A stretch of 64,000 bases of DNA. Source: Calcarisporiella thermophila CBS 279.70 (Eukaryota > Fungi > Calcarisporiellomycota). Location of the stretch: the NCBI RefSeq assembly GCF_041956535.1, contig NW_027192214.1, positions 283,687 to 347,686 on the forward strand, in the 5' to 3' direction. The translations under genes were made by a program, and so were the position numbers. Below, piece by piece: positions 26,289 to 38,000 of the stretch; position 1 is the first letter of the stretch; the number at the start of each line of letters is the position of its first letter. The notes beneath the pieces were generated by a model. That model did not search any database. It saw only the letters and a program-made list of their open reading frames with translations, and was not told the origin of the DNA.

Positions 26289-26975
26289 TTACAGTCGGCG
26301 AACTTTGCGTGGACGGCAGCCATTGAATGGCACAGGCGTTCCATCTGTGATACGACGCACCCGCCATTCAGTATTCCCTACGATGGCTTTAAAAGCAGCG
26401 TCTCTACCCGGCCCAAATCCTTTCATCACAATATGCACATCATGCACTTGCAAGTTACGTTCTGCGGCTTTTCCGATAAGTTGCATCGCTGCTTGATGGG
26501 CAGCTTCATACCCTCCTCGCTGTGCCTTACGGAATCCTGCTGTTCCACCCGAAGTACTTATCACTGGACTCCCATCACTCGATGTAAGGGTTATGATTGT
26601 GTTATTAAAAGAAGCATGAATGTTCACAGTATGTGATTGTGTCGTCGGGGCAGCCGGTGTATAGGAATTTTTTGCCGCATTAAGAAACTCGAAATTAAGC
26701 GCTGGGCGCTGTTTTTGACGCTCAGCAGCTTGCTTTAATGTGGCTGCTGTTCCAGAGTGTTCCGCATCAGGAATAGAACGATTGCGTGGTTTGCGGCTGA
26801 CAGTGTCGAGGATATCGAGGATGGCTAGATCGGCAGATTCTGCTTTTGGGGGACGACCATCGTTACTGTTAGTCGTTCTCCAGCATTTTAACAGTGGTGC
26901 CTGGATAGCAGATAGGGGATATAGAGCCGTTTTTTGAGCGATTCGTCTTGCAGGTGATAATAATGCTGGCAACAT
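26289..26975 (-). CDS. MRPS18: Mitochondrial ribosomal protein uS11m
   Basis: HASFNNTIITL, GTAGFRKAQRGGYEAA, KGFGPGRDAA and DGTPVPFNGCRPRKVRRL; presequence-like N-terminus. Confidence 0.93.
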   Translation of the reverse strand: MLPALLSPARRIAQKTALYPLSAIQAPLLKCWRTTNSNDGRPPKAESADLAILDILDTVSRKPRNRSIPDAEHSGTAATLKQAAERQKQRPALNFEFLNAAKNSYTPAAPTTQSHTVNIHASFNNTIITLTSSDGSPVISTSGGTAGFRKAQRGGYEAAHQAAMQLIGKAAERNLQVHDVHIVMKGFGPGRDAAFKAIVGNTEWRVRRITDGTPVPFNGCRPRKVRRL

Positions 26976-27157
26976 GGTCTAGATCTGCTATAAAAACGTT
27001 TATCAGTAAACAAATTCTGAAATTATAAATGGCTGTGCCACAATTGCTTTGTAGGACATAATTTATGTTAAGAATTTTACGAATCGAAAAGTTCCCGAGT
27101 ATAGTTGAAAAATATATTATATACACATTAGCTCTACAAATACAATATAAGGCACAT

Positions 27158-28213
27158 CTATTTGACAGAATTTTTAACAACTCCAAAAATTCGCCTTAAA
27201 CTTTTCTTATCGTTGTCAGTAAATTCTTCTACTAGATTCGAACTACCTCTCTCGATTTGTATTTGTATTTCTCTTAGTAACTCGCGTGTCTGAGGATTAA
27301 AATCTAACCCATTCGATTGCATTTCTGTGACAAGTGCTTCTATTCCACGTATATCCCTTGTCCATTCCCATCGTACACGTAGCACTTGGTTGTAGACTGG
27401 TGTAGTGCAGCCTGCAACATAGCTCTCCATCCCCTGACGCTTTGCCTGTTCAAATATCGCTAAGGCCATTCCTGAATCACCGAACATGTGGGAACGTTGG
27501 ATAGCTGTTGCAAGTATAGAGGAATAATTTGCTGGATAAGGCGGGCCAAAAGAAGAGAAAATACGCGAATACATAAAATTACGCAGTTCAATATTGCTAC
27601 GGCAGGAAAGGAGTTCTAATTCATAGCTCGATGTTTTATTTTGCAATGAAGTATCCTCAATCGGCTTGGTCGACTTATGCATTGCTGGTGAATTTTTGAG
27701 TTGCTGTTTTTCCTGGTTAGTTGAGTCGACTCGCGGAAGTGTAGACAATATTTTTAATCGGGGGTTTTTCTCTCGATAAATCGGCTCTCGTTGATTCTTA
27801 AAACTTAACAATTGTTTTTCAATGGCTGATAAATCATCTTGCGCTCCTACACAGCCACTAGTTAAATCTTTCTTGGAGCTTGAAATTGTCTTAATCTTCT
27901 CAACCTTTGTCAATTCCGCATCATTTTCCGCTACACTTCTCTTGGATTCACTATTCATTAAGGAATCTAGAAGTCTAATAAATTCCTGCCTCTCTTCTGG
28001 CCTCATGCGCACCTCGTCTTTGGCGGCTTTGATCTGCGAATGTGCGCGTGTTGTGTGAGGTGATTTTGGAGGTTGCTCACCCTCAAGTAGAATATCCCAA
28101 TTATTTTTAGAGGGATTTGAACAAGACTTGGAGGATTGGGTATAAGACCGACATTTTGGCAATACCCTTGTTATTGCAGGCCAAATTTGACGGTGAATTA
28201 GTGTTCGACGCAT
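27158..28213 (-). CDS. Mtf2-like mitochondrial protein (PPR-like C-terminal domain)
   Basis: Arg-rich presequence; ALAIFEQAKRQGMESYVAGCTTPVYNQVLRVRW...IEALVTEMQSNG resembles the fungal Mtf2 C-terminal domain. Confidence 0.75.
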   Translation of the reverse strand: MRRTLIHRQIWPAITRVLPKCRSYTQSSKSCSNPSKNNWDILLEGEQPPKSPHTTRAHSQIKAAKDEVRMRPEERQEFIRLLDSLMNSESKRSVAENDAELTKVEKIKTISSSKKDLTSGCVGAQDDLSAIEKQLLSFKNQREPIYREKNPRLKILSTLPRVDSTNQEKQQLKNSPAMHKSTKPIEDTSLQNKTSSYELELLSCRSNIELRNFMYSRIFSSFGPPYPANYSSILATAIQRSHMFGDSGMALAIFEQAKRQGMESYVAGCTTPVYNQVLRVRWEWTRDIRGIEALVTEMQSNGLDFNPQTRELLREIQIQIERGSSNLVEEFTDNDKKSLRRIFGVVKNSVK

Positions 28214-28598
28214 ATGTAATCTGAATCTTTTAAATTTCAATATGACTAGTAACCAGTATTCGAGAAAACATTAAAAAATGCAGTCACGATAGAGTGAGAA
28301 TATTGAGTTTGAAATTTCGAGAATAGTCAAGTAGAATGTGGGCTATCTTCTAACTAAATCAGAAAACCCGTGATAATATCAAAAAATAGAGAAAATTAAA
28401 ATACCCATTAAATTTCTCTTTCTTGTGTGTGAGAAAATGATGTGCCGAAGACAATAAGCCACCTAACTGTGGAAAATAGTTTCAATCAAAACGGGGGAGC
28501 TACTTGGAGTTTATTCTTTAATTTCGTCAAATTACGTGTACGATAAAGAAGTTTTCACTTTGGGAATAATTAGAAGCTACAGTAATGCTACATTAAGA

Positions 28599-29399
28599 AT
28601 GACGCACCTGCAGAACGAGAGAGAGGGTGAAAGAATCTGTGCTTTTCTCAATGACTCACTCATTGCCATAATTAAGAAACGCAATTTTCAACATGGTCCA
28701 CTTTGGAATGGGATTCTTAACCGCTGTGAGACATTTTTCCGTGAACTGATAACTGAACTACGCGGATCCGATGTAAATAGAATGTTTGTAAAACATGGAG
28801 AGGACAACACTAGCAAATTCAGTTATCCTCCTGGCGAACGACCAGATTGCGCGATATGCTTAGAAAGTATACTACCGCACGTTCATGCCGAGGCTACCTT
28901 GGTTTGTGGCCACATATTTCATCTGAGTTGTATAGGTTCGGCTTTTAATAGCTCTGGTATGCTCTCTTATAAATACCTGCATTATATATTTGCTGATTTA
29001 CATAACTTCGTCAATTTTATCTATTTGAATATCCTGATAGGAATAATGATTTGCCCAATATGTAGGCGTACGCAGAACGACCAGCCATGTGAATGGATAT
29101 GTGCTGATAGATTTGCTGCTTCGACTGAATCCTTGAATAGCTCCGAACCAGACGAAGATTCTGCTGATTTCCTCAGCATTCAAAATGGTATCTCTCTTTT
29201 TAAATCCGAAATTAATATTCATTTGTTAAATAGCTCGATCTTTTTCCTAGGTGTAATTAACCTGTTTCATTCTTTATTTCGAAATGGTATTGGTGGTCCT
29301 TTTCGTGAGAACTCAACAGAGGAAGATAGCGAGCAGCAGCAACAGCACGAATTCCCTATTCCCCATCAGGATCCTTATGTTGCAGTTGGACTCTATTAA
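28599..29399 (+). CDS. RING-H2 E3 ubiquitin ligase with a plant RFI2/IPI1-like RING; introns 28957-29040 and 29188-29250
   Basis: Spliced RING CAICLESILPHVHAEATLVCGHIFHLSCIGSAFNSSGIMICPICRR...W (C3H2C3); start codon uncertain. Confidence 0.8.
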   Translation: MTHLQNEREGERICAFLNDSLIAIIKKRNFQHGPLWNGILNRCETFFRELITELRGSDVNRMFVKHGEDNTSKFSYPPGERPDCAICLESILPHVHAEATLVCGHIFHLSCIGSAFNSSGMLSYKYLHYIFADLHNFVNFIYLNILIGIMICPICRRTQNDQPCEWICADRFAASTESLNSSEPDEDSADFLSIQNGISLFKSEINIHLLNSSIFFLGVINLFHSLFRNGIGGPFRENSTEEDSEQQQQHEFPIPHQDPYVAVGLY

Positions 29400-30175
29400 A
29401 CTCCGTGTATTATTTCTTGTTTTCGCCTCCATGAGTAATATACTCGATCTCTTTATTGTAGTTTTGCTTTTGCCCTCCATTATTTCCAATCTTCATCTTC
29501 TTCGAGGCTTTTTATTCTGATTGTTAATTATTCTTTGTGTAATACATTTTGTAAAACCTTGATGAATGGTCCATATTTTGCTTCTCTTTGCTATTTCATT
29601 TTGCTTTGCTCCCTTGAAATAAAATTAAATATGTAATAACAATTATGAATTATTTTTAAATAGGAAAAGCTTTCTCTTTTCGAGTTAAAATCTATTGATT
29701 TCCCCAGGTCAGAGCGCTCTGTAAACTCCGCTCTATCGCTATTTATGGGCGATATTGCATGTTCAAATGAAAGAATCGATGTTGAGATTTAGAATTGAAT
29801 TAGAACTAATGAACAGCAATGTTCATATGAGTTCACAAATGGCACCTCATTTTCCAGATTAATCTTGTCGACAAGTTAATTCTTGAATTAATTAAGCGAG
29901 CCGATTACCCTATAGTGTCCTATAATAGTATAGCAATAAAGTCTAAATTACCAAAGCCATTCAACCAAGAAAGGTAAGAATAAAAATTCCAATGTTGCAC
30001 TTTTATTTCCCCCTCCTCGAACCTCTCCATTTACAATTCAGCTCTTTTCCAACTTTTTCAAAACACTGTGGGATCATTTCTCTTATTCTACTATCCTTTC
30101 TTTAATTCTTTTTGTGTAATCGCCAATAAATGATCTCACCCCTAACCACTCTTTAAGAATTTTAAGCGCGGAATA

Positions 30176-31397
30176 ATGGGTGGCAAACGAGAGGCCGCTG
30201 AAACCAACTCCTCTCTCACTCCAAGAACAAGCGTTTACCCCTCGCACCTGCGGCTCTTACCTTCTGCTGCTCGCTTTCCTCTTGCTGCCAAACGCTCATG
30301 GCGAAATCTAATTGTCTCACGCCCCAGATGCCTCCGTTCACATGTAATTGATGTGCCTATGCGAGATGATAGTTGGGCGAATAAGGAGTTGGAATTTACC
30401 ACCCACGGCCTACCTACACTTGAACAGGTGCTTGCATGCAAAACCTATGCTCCACTCTCACAACAAGATTTGTATAATTTTTTGCGACGACGGCAACATG
30501 CGGAAGAAAACCTAGACTTTTGGATGGATATAGAAGCACATGAGCAACTTTGGAGGAGATATCAAAGAGAACTGCGGACAAAGTCGAAAGAAAAGGAATA
30601 TCCTAACAGCTCGGAGAGCAGTGCTGAAGCTATGAAGTTGTATCACAATCCAAGGGATCCCGATATAACACTAAATTTAGAGGGTGGAAATGAGTTGACC
30701 ATCGATATCCCAAGTGAACCCCTATCAATTGAAGATCTTCGTATCTCAGCACTTCGTATCTATGAGCGATTTTGTTCTCCCTATGATCCATATAAACGCA
30801 CCTTGCTTCCAGAAGACCACCGCTTAGCATTACAGGAGCTCGTCGAAGTTCAGCGCTGCGCGGAACCCAGCGTGTTCACGCCTGCAAAACACTGTGTGTA
30901 TGATGTACTTAACAGGCACTTCTACCCGCAATTTCTCAATCACGTGTGCTTCACAAATATTACCTTGACGCTTGCACGCACAGTACTCTTTCCTATGGCG
31001 GTACTGTTCCTTACTGGTGGCTTCGCAATGGAGCTGTGTTTTGTGTTTCTCGATTACGGGGGGAGATTAACGAGGTTATGGGGAATTCTGCCCATTTTCA
31101 CTGGTTGGATGTGCTTATTATCCAGTATCTTTGAATTTTTACCACTGGTAGTCTTATTTCGATCAAGGTAAAAAAAAAAGGACCATTTGGTGACTATGGC
31201 TGTATATTAACGCTTCTACCTGCTGTTCCAGCGAGATCAAGCCATTTCAACTCCAGCCGATTCATGAGAAGGTGGTCCTTCAATTTCACTACCGACGGGC
31301 CATATATGTGTTTGGGGCGAGTCTTTTTGCAGCCGCCATCACTACAGGAATATTCATTATGCTTCCAGGTCATCGGTTATCTGGAATCCCTTTATAA
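30176..31397 (+). CDS. RAX1: Rax1-like RGS-domain membrane protein (polarity landmark); 1 intron
   Basis: LPTLEQVL..KT.APL...LYNFLRRRQHAEENLDFWMD; RGS domain followed by 3 C-terminal TM segments ending LPGHRL. Confidence 0.82.
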
Positions 31398-32176
31398 CTC
31401 TAATTGTTTTTATTTCTTTCATTGTAAGATTTATTTTCTATATTACCATATAGTTTAATTATATATTGTTAATACTTAACACCTATTCCCTTCCTCTCTT
31501 ATTTTTTTTTTTTTTTGACTTGGATATATTGTAATTAAAGGCATTTATTGAGGAAATCATTTCTAGCCAGAATCGGAAAAGAGCAAATATTTATATTAAC
31601 ATTAATAAATGTTGATAGATGTTTGGAGATGTTAGCGGATGCCATCTTCTGTAGGATAAATGCACTGACGATAGAAAAAAATTGCGCGTTCTCTGGACCA
31701 ATTGAACAACCAGTAATGGAAGTATTCACTGCTCAAATTTATAGGTATACAATTTATCATTGAGTAAAAATAGTATCAGCATACCTAAATACAAATATTC
31801 CACGTATTGAGCGAAAGTGGGTTCATTATTACATCCAGTGTATTAATCAAAGTCGAGAAGAGTGGAAAAGTAGAGTGTGCTTGGCTGTGCTATTTAAAAA
31901 CTAGCTATACTGAGAAATTAACCTCTACTTCAGTTTAATCCCAGTTTCAAGATATCAGCAACAGCACAACAGAGGTATCGCTATGTTGATAAAATCAGCA
32001 TTAATTTATATAAAGGCATATAAACTATTAATTCCAATCGACTTATTTGGAAGATCTGTATTATTATCGAATTTCATATATTTCATCTCCAAGTGGTTCG
32101 CGGTTGACTTTAAATTTTCGAGGATCATCTCCTGGTGCCCATCTACATATTTCTATTACATTTCTTTGCATTTATA

Positions 32177-33492
32177 ATGAAACAAGTAGATTTTCAATCT
32201 GAATCACTGAGACTTGCGGGGATTCAAGCTGATTGTCTTACGCTCGGATGCTTAAGGGTAATGTATTATTAACATATCAATGAAGAGTAATGCTTCTTTT
32301 ACTCAAATAGTTTAACATAATTGAATGTTCTAATTTAATACTAAAAACAGGGATTTAAACATTTCGAGGTATTCTTGCGTGGCCGCGAAGAATTAATTTT
32401 GCGTGTTAACAAGACAGAACGCTCAACGAACCGTCTCTCAATATATATGATGCAGAAGAGAGTATATAGTGGACTTACTTCATTAGGGATCGCAAGAGCC
32501 AGGTCCTATTTTTTTACCCTATATTTTTTCCGTATGTTATCTAATGATAATTGATGTTTGAATTGACAAACTATTAGGCTTGACGGCGCGATATCGGAAA
32601 AGACTAGAAAAATGTAAATATAGAATATAACTCTATGGCGTTAAAATATCTATAGCTGAAATACTCTGTAGGATCCAGAATAGTATCGGTGAAGACACAG
32701 TTGTTCCTGTCAGTCCCCTGGATCAGGATCTTAAGAATGTGCGTCCATATTAGCTTGCAAATTTTGTTTCCCTATTTGTTAATCCATTTTTACTTTGGAA
32801 TAGGACACGACAAAAACAAACTTCTTAATAGCCGCTTATGCTCGCTATAGACGACCTTATGTTTGGGTAAGCTAATGAAGCCTTGATATGTATAGTGATC
32901 CCAAGCGTATGGATGTAATAATACAATGTTTGTAGTTGCGATCGAATCAGGACCAGCAAAGACTGCACTCGAGCACCAGTAGTATTGATACTGAAGAGGA
33001 TTGCCCATTAGAGTTGGATACAGTCATTAACTGGAAAACAAAAGGTATAGAAGTCCACATACAGAAAACTAGAATTGGGTCAACATTTGCTATACAAAAT
33101 CTCTTTGTAGATATAAAACTGTGGGATATTGTTGCAGAGCTTCTCAAACTCACACTGTCTCCCCCTCCTATTAATCCCTTCACGGTTGATCACACCTTTT
33201 TTGATAACTTACCTTTGGAAGAAGCAGTGGTTGCCACCGGATCAATGATCAATTTTCTGAGCACGTTGTATTTACAGCAGTACAGCTTCTCCGATAAGAG
33301 TATTACTTTTATATAAAAAGGTATTTCCTATTTACCAAGAAAACTAATTTTTGGTTTATTGGCTCAGTTTTCGATGATCTTCGGCTCTTACATGCACGTC
33401 ATTACACGTTACTGGATGAGCTACAATCATTCCTCGAAGTACATCATCGCCAAAAAATGGCCAAAGAAACGCACGGGATAGGTGGTAATTAA
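32177..33492 (+). CDS. Multi-exon hypothetical protein (about 8 exons), largely missed by the ORF track
   Basis: All GT-AG junctions join in frame: DCLTLGCLRGFKHFEVFLRGREELILRV...FLIAAYARYRRPYVWLRSN...IKLWDIVAELLKL...NPFTVDHTFFDNLPLEEAVVATGSMINFL. Confidence 0.75.
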
Positions 33493-35093
33493 ACCAAGAT
33501 AGACTCAGAACAATTTGGACCTTATCTTCAAACATCTTGAATATTTAATATTCTGAAACTTATATATATAAAGACTTTTCAAATTCCGAAGTTTTGGGAG
33601 AATGAACCCTAAGACCTTTGGCTAAACCGGTTAGAAAAAATTAGGAAACGCCTGCGAGACAGGCTAATGTGCTGAGAATCCTGTATACCAAGGCAGAGAG
33701 GTAGGGCGTTTGCCATCACGCCCTTGAACTCAGATATGCAAATGAGCTGAATCCAACATGGCAGTCCGACATTATTATAACAACATATTTGTACGCTCAA
33801 AGCGAACAAGACTGGAACCCTTGTGATTTTTCGGATTATTTAGTGTTCTTCATTCTTTGACATTATACCGGCCACTATGTGATCACAACTATATTTGCTT
33901 ACTAACCTTGTTGTACTTAAGCTCGCTCGATTAACCGTTCTTAACACTTCCTTCTCCACTAAATATGCTATTGTCATTGCAGCACAAATGAAGCTTCCCT
34001 TCATTTTCCTTTCAATTTCGTGAGGATAACAATGGAATCCGAAATTTGCCACGGAGCAAAACTTGTCCATGAAGAGTGTGAGTTGTCATCCACTTCCTGT
34101 GTTTGTCTTGGATCAGAGAATCGATCGAAATAGGGTGTGAGAGATGGAAAAGGGATGGGAGAAGGAAGAGGCGTGTTTCACAATTCTATTTATATATTAA
34201 TTAGAAAGCGGTGGGACACTGACAACGGCCCAGACTATCATAGTACATTTTTCAAGTGCTTGATCACTCACTTCTTCTTCTCCATTTTATTTTTTTTTTT
34301 TGCTTCCATCGTCGATTTATTGTTCAAAGCATATTCTTTTGAACGGGAAGAATACCCTCCTTTTCATCGAAAATTCCCCTCTACCTTTCTTTTATTTCAT
34401 TTTCATCACTACTTGTATTTGTATTCTTGTCATTAGGGAAAAACAATACTAGCAAACACCGGCCAAACTCTTCTCAACTTACATCTGGAGGCTATACCCT
34501 CACACTCATCATACACAAACTATAACACCTGTATTATATTCGATCGACAAAACTCTCTTAATAATTTTATTCCCCTTCAGCCCTTTTCTACAACCTACTC
34601 ACACAGGTTTTCTTGATTTCTTGGTTGTGTTTCCAATATTTCCCCTTTTCCTTTCATTCGACACCCCCGGCTACTCTGGCCTTTCAGACTAAATTTCCGA
34701 GTGAAAAAAAAAAACCCCGGCTTTCGAGCGGCGAGCGTGTAAAAATTAACGGAATATAACCACGATAAACCCCCTCGAGTGAGTACTTTTTTTTATTTCT
34801 TAAAGAAGAGTTCTTTCTTTTCTCTTTATTTTTCTCTTCGCTCTTAACCTGTCGGTATATTAGTTTACTAATAGGGAGCAGCTCGAAAATATAGGTCTTG
34901 TACATACAAACTATAGCTTTCCCTCTCTCCTTTTTCCACCTCAAGATACCACTGGAACTCTTTCCATCGTTACCACTCTCGAGAGTTCATCGTTATCTCT
35001 ATTAGTTACAACCATTTTCTCTTATTAAAAAGAAGACGCTTTCTATTTCAACTGTCACTCTTTTGTATTCCTCTTTTTTAATACTACCGAGCC

Positions 35094-38000
35094 ATGGATC
35101 AACTTGCATTCTCACTGTGTTTTGACCAACCACCCCTTGCGAGTGGTGATACGGTATCATCATCTATGCCCCCATCGTCTGTGCGGTCGAGCTTCCATCA
35201 TCCAGCCTCCCAGGCGCTTACCACTCCCCCCTCCCCCGACGAGGCCCTTATGAAGCAGTTTAAGGCGATGTGCGAACATGTGCAGCAAACCTACGGCGTC
35301 ACGGCCCATCTGTGCTCCTCGGACAATTTTGCCGTGCGCGGGCGTGTAATGGAAACGCCGCCGGACTTTAATGTGACGCTCTACGGAAACCACCGGGCTG
35401 TCCTGGCGGCCCGAGGGTATTTGCTGTGTGCGAATCCGATCAAGGTAAGAGAAAAGAAGATTAAATTCTTGCACCACTTTTCTAATGCGCCATTATTCGT
35501 TAGGCCCGGACGATAATAAAGGCGACTAGATCAGAGGTGCTCGCCACCGACGGTGAAGTGAAGCAATCCGTAAAGTCTGGCTTAGATGAGATAGCGCGTG
35601 ACACTGGAGCGTCCGTGTCGTTGTTCAGCGGCCAAACAGGCCGCGGAGGATCTACACGGTCGTCTTCGGCCCGTATCTCTCCCTTAGTGCCCCTCTCTAC
35701 AGGGTCCTCTGAAAAGTCCATAGATATCGTCATCTCAGGCTCCTGGGAAGCGATTGAAGTCGCAAGGATTCGCATCCTCATTCTATTGGATGAGCTGGTA
35801 AGTTAAGCTTAATGCAAGATCTATTTTAAGTTTAATCTTATTTTTGAGTTCTGCTTGGATGACAGCAAAACCTTAAAGTCGATCAGGTCGACATTGATCT
35901 TAAACTGCACAACCTTATATGTGGCCGGAAGCGCTGCCATCTCGAGACAATAATGCAAGAGACCGCGACAAACATATACTTCCCTTCTCCGTTGACGAGC
36001 TTGACGTCTTTAAAATCAACCCTTAGTGAAGAGTCAGAAACCGTCATTTACCTGACCGGCGATCCGACCGGTATCCAACGGGCGAAGGATATGCTCTTTA
36101 AGCTTGCAACCCAAAAGGTTTGGAGGATTCCCCTTTTGTATCCGGGTGCTCATTCTCAAAAATTTATGCATTCGTAGACAAAATGTATGTATTCAAAAGA
36201 CACTACTATGATTCCACGTAAGATCGATTTTCTACTTACTCACCGGCGCGAAGAGCTGAAAAAAATTATGTACGATAATGGCGCGTTTATTCAATTCCCC
36301 GCACTCGGTTCTCAAGGAAGCGTGTTAACGGTTTTCGGTGAGAACCGGGTTAATGTCGAAAGAGCGATTCGTATGGTTATGCAGTTGGTAAGTTTCTACG
36401 ACGTATTTGATTAGAAAAGGAATCTATTCACTAATGTCATCTCAACCCCCCAGGCTTGCCAACTCTATCACGCTCAGTTCTGGGTATTCCCTGCCGCCAC
36501 CGCTCCTCCTACTCCGGGTTTCCAACCAATGACTTATTCACAGCCGCAAGTTAGCCAGACGCCATTTGCGCACCCTCAAGTGCTCAATCTGGTATCTCAA
36601 ATGGCACAGGTTACTGGAGCTGAGGTTGCTTTCAAAGGGCACTGCTTTGAAGTCTTCGGTTCGGAGCGTGCGGTGAGAAACGCATATCAACGCATTACAG
36701 AAATGGACATCATTCAGGTATATCACATTATATTCACTATTTCCAACTGGATTACCAGTGTTCTAACATTCGATTGATTCTCAAGGCCTACCACCAGGAG
36801 ACAAAGTTCCAAGTCGAGCTTGCAAATGAACACCAAGATTTTATTAGCGGCAAGAAAAATGGCAAGATTAATAAAATCATGAAGACCACGGGCGTGCGTA
36901 TCACTTTCGTGCACCTGAACGAGTACAATTTCCTGATTGACGTAACAAGTTCCAACTTCACCAAAGCGCTCGATGGACTATCAATGCTTCAAGAAGAGCT
37001 TCCTGCAGAAATCTCATTCCATGTGCCCGAAGCCTATCACAAACGAATCATAGGGGTCGGTGGCAAAAATATCCAAAGGATTATGAAAAAATATGGTGTA
37101 TATGTAAAATTCTCGAACGCAGAAGAATTTGCTGCCCTTGGCGGCTATTTCGATAACAATGATAACGTGATAGCACGAACCCCTGCTAAGAATGGCCTCA
37201 ATCTTGATAATCTTAAGCATGCTGTGCTTGAGCTTGTCGGACCCAAAGATCGAGAGCTCATTGAGCAGCCAGTTAATATTCCACGTCGTCACCATCGGAT
37301 GCTTCTTGCGGAGAAATCAGCCTTCCTGCATGATATCGAGGAAAAGACTGGCTGCCGATTTCACTTTTCATTTAAAGAGACAGGGAGCGACACGATAGTC
37401 GTGCGAGGTTACCAGAGCCAGGTTATGGTAGCCGTCCAGCTTCTTCTAGAGCTCGTCCCGCAGGAAATCGAGTTTCACGTGCCACTTAGTCCGGCCCTCA
37501 AGCTTGCCCTTGGATCAGTAGACTTCCGCAATCGTGTGATTGACCGGGCTCGGCGCGAATATAATGTCATCATTGAAACTCCCCCTCCATCCTCTGTACC
37601 TTCTTCGGCATCTTCATCGCCTGTTGCCACCACACCTTTAGGACTTGTTGATGCGACCGGTGAAGAAAGCCAGTCCCCACCGCTCTCTCGCAAAGATTAC
37701 GCATTTATTATCCGATTTACCCGAGGAAATGCTGACCTACTGCCTACGACCATAGAGCTTCTTACCAGTTTCCTTTCTGAAAATCACGTTCCACTCTATC
37801 CTGAAACGCAAGACATACGAAGCGACAGTTTTGTTGAATCACTTCCTCATTTTAATAGCCGACTGCTTTCATCGGTTACCTCTGCTCCTGGTAAGTGAAC
37901 CAAATATGACTTCATTTCCAATATATCTATTTACTCATTCCTTTTCAGAATCTCCCTCTGTCACTTCTCTGACTCAAGCATTTCAGAACTATCGGTTGTT

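Noticed and set aside
31535-31763. Short overlapping ORFs between RAX1 and the hypothetical gene
   Set aside because: No recognisable domain or consistent exon structure.
33660-33760. TPP-riboswitch-like words (GCTGAGA ... CCCTTGAAC) and an AGGGCG/CGCCCT hairpin
   Set aside because: The downstream conserved core (CUGAU...UAAU...GCG) is missing, the spacing is wrong and there is no adjacent thiamine gene.
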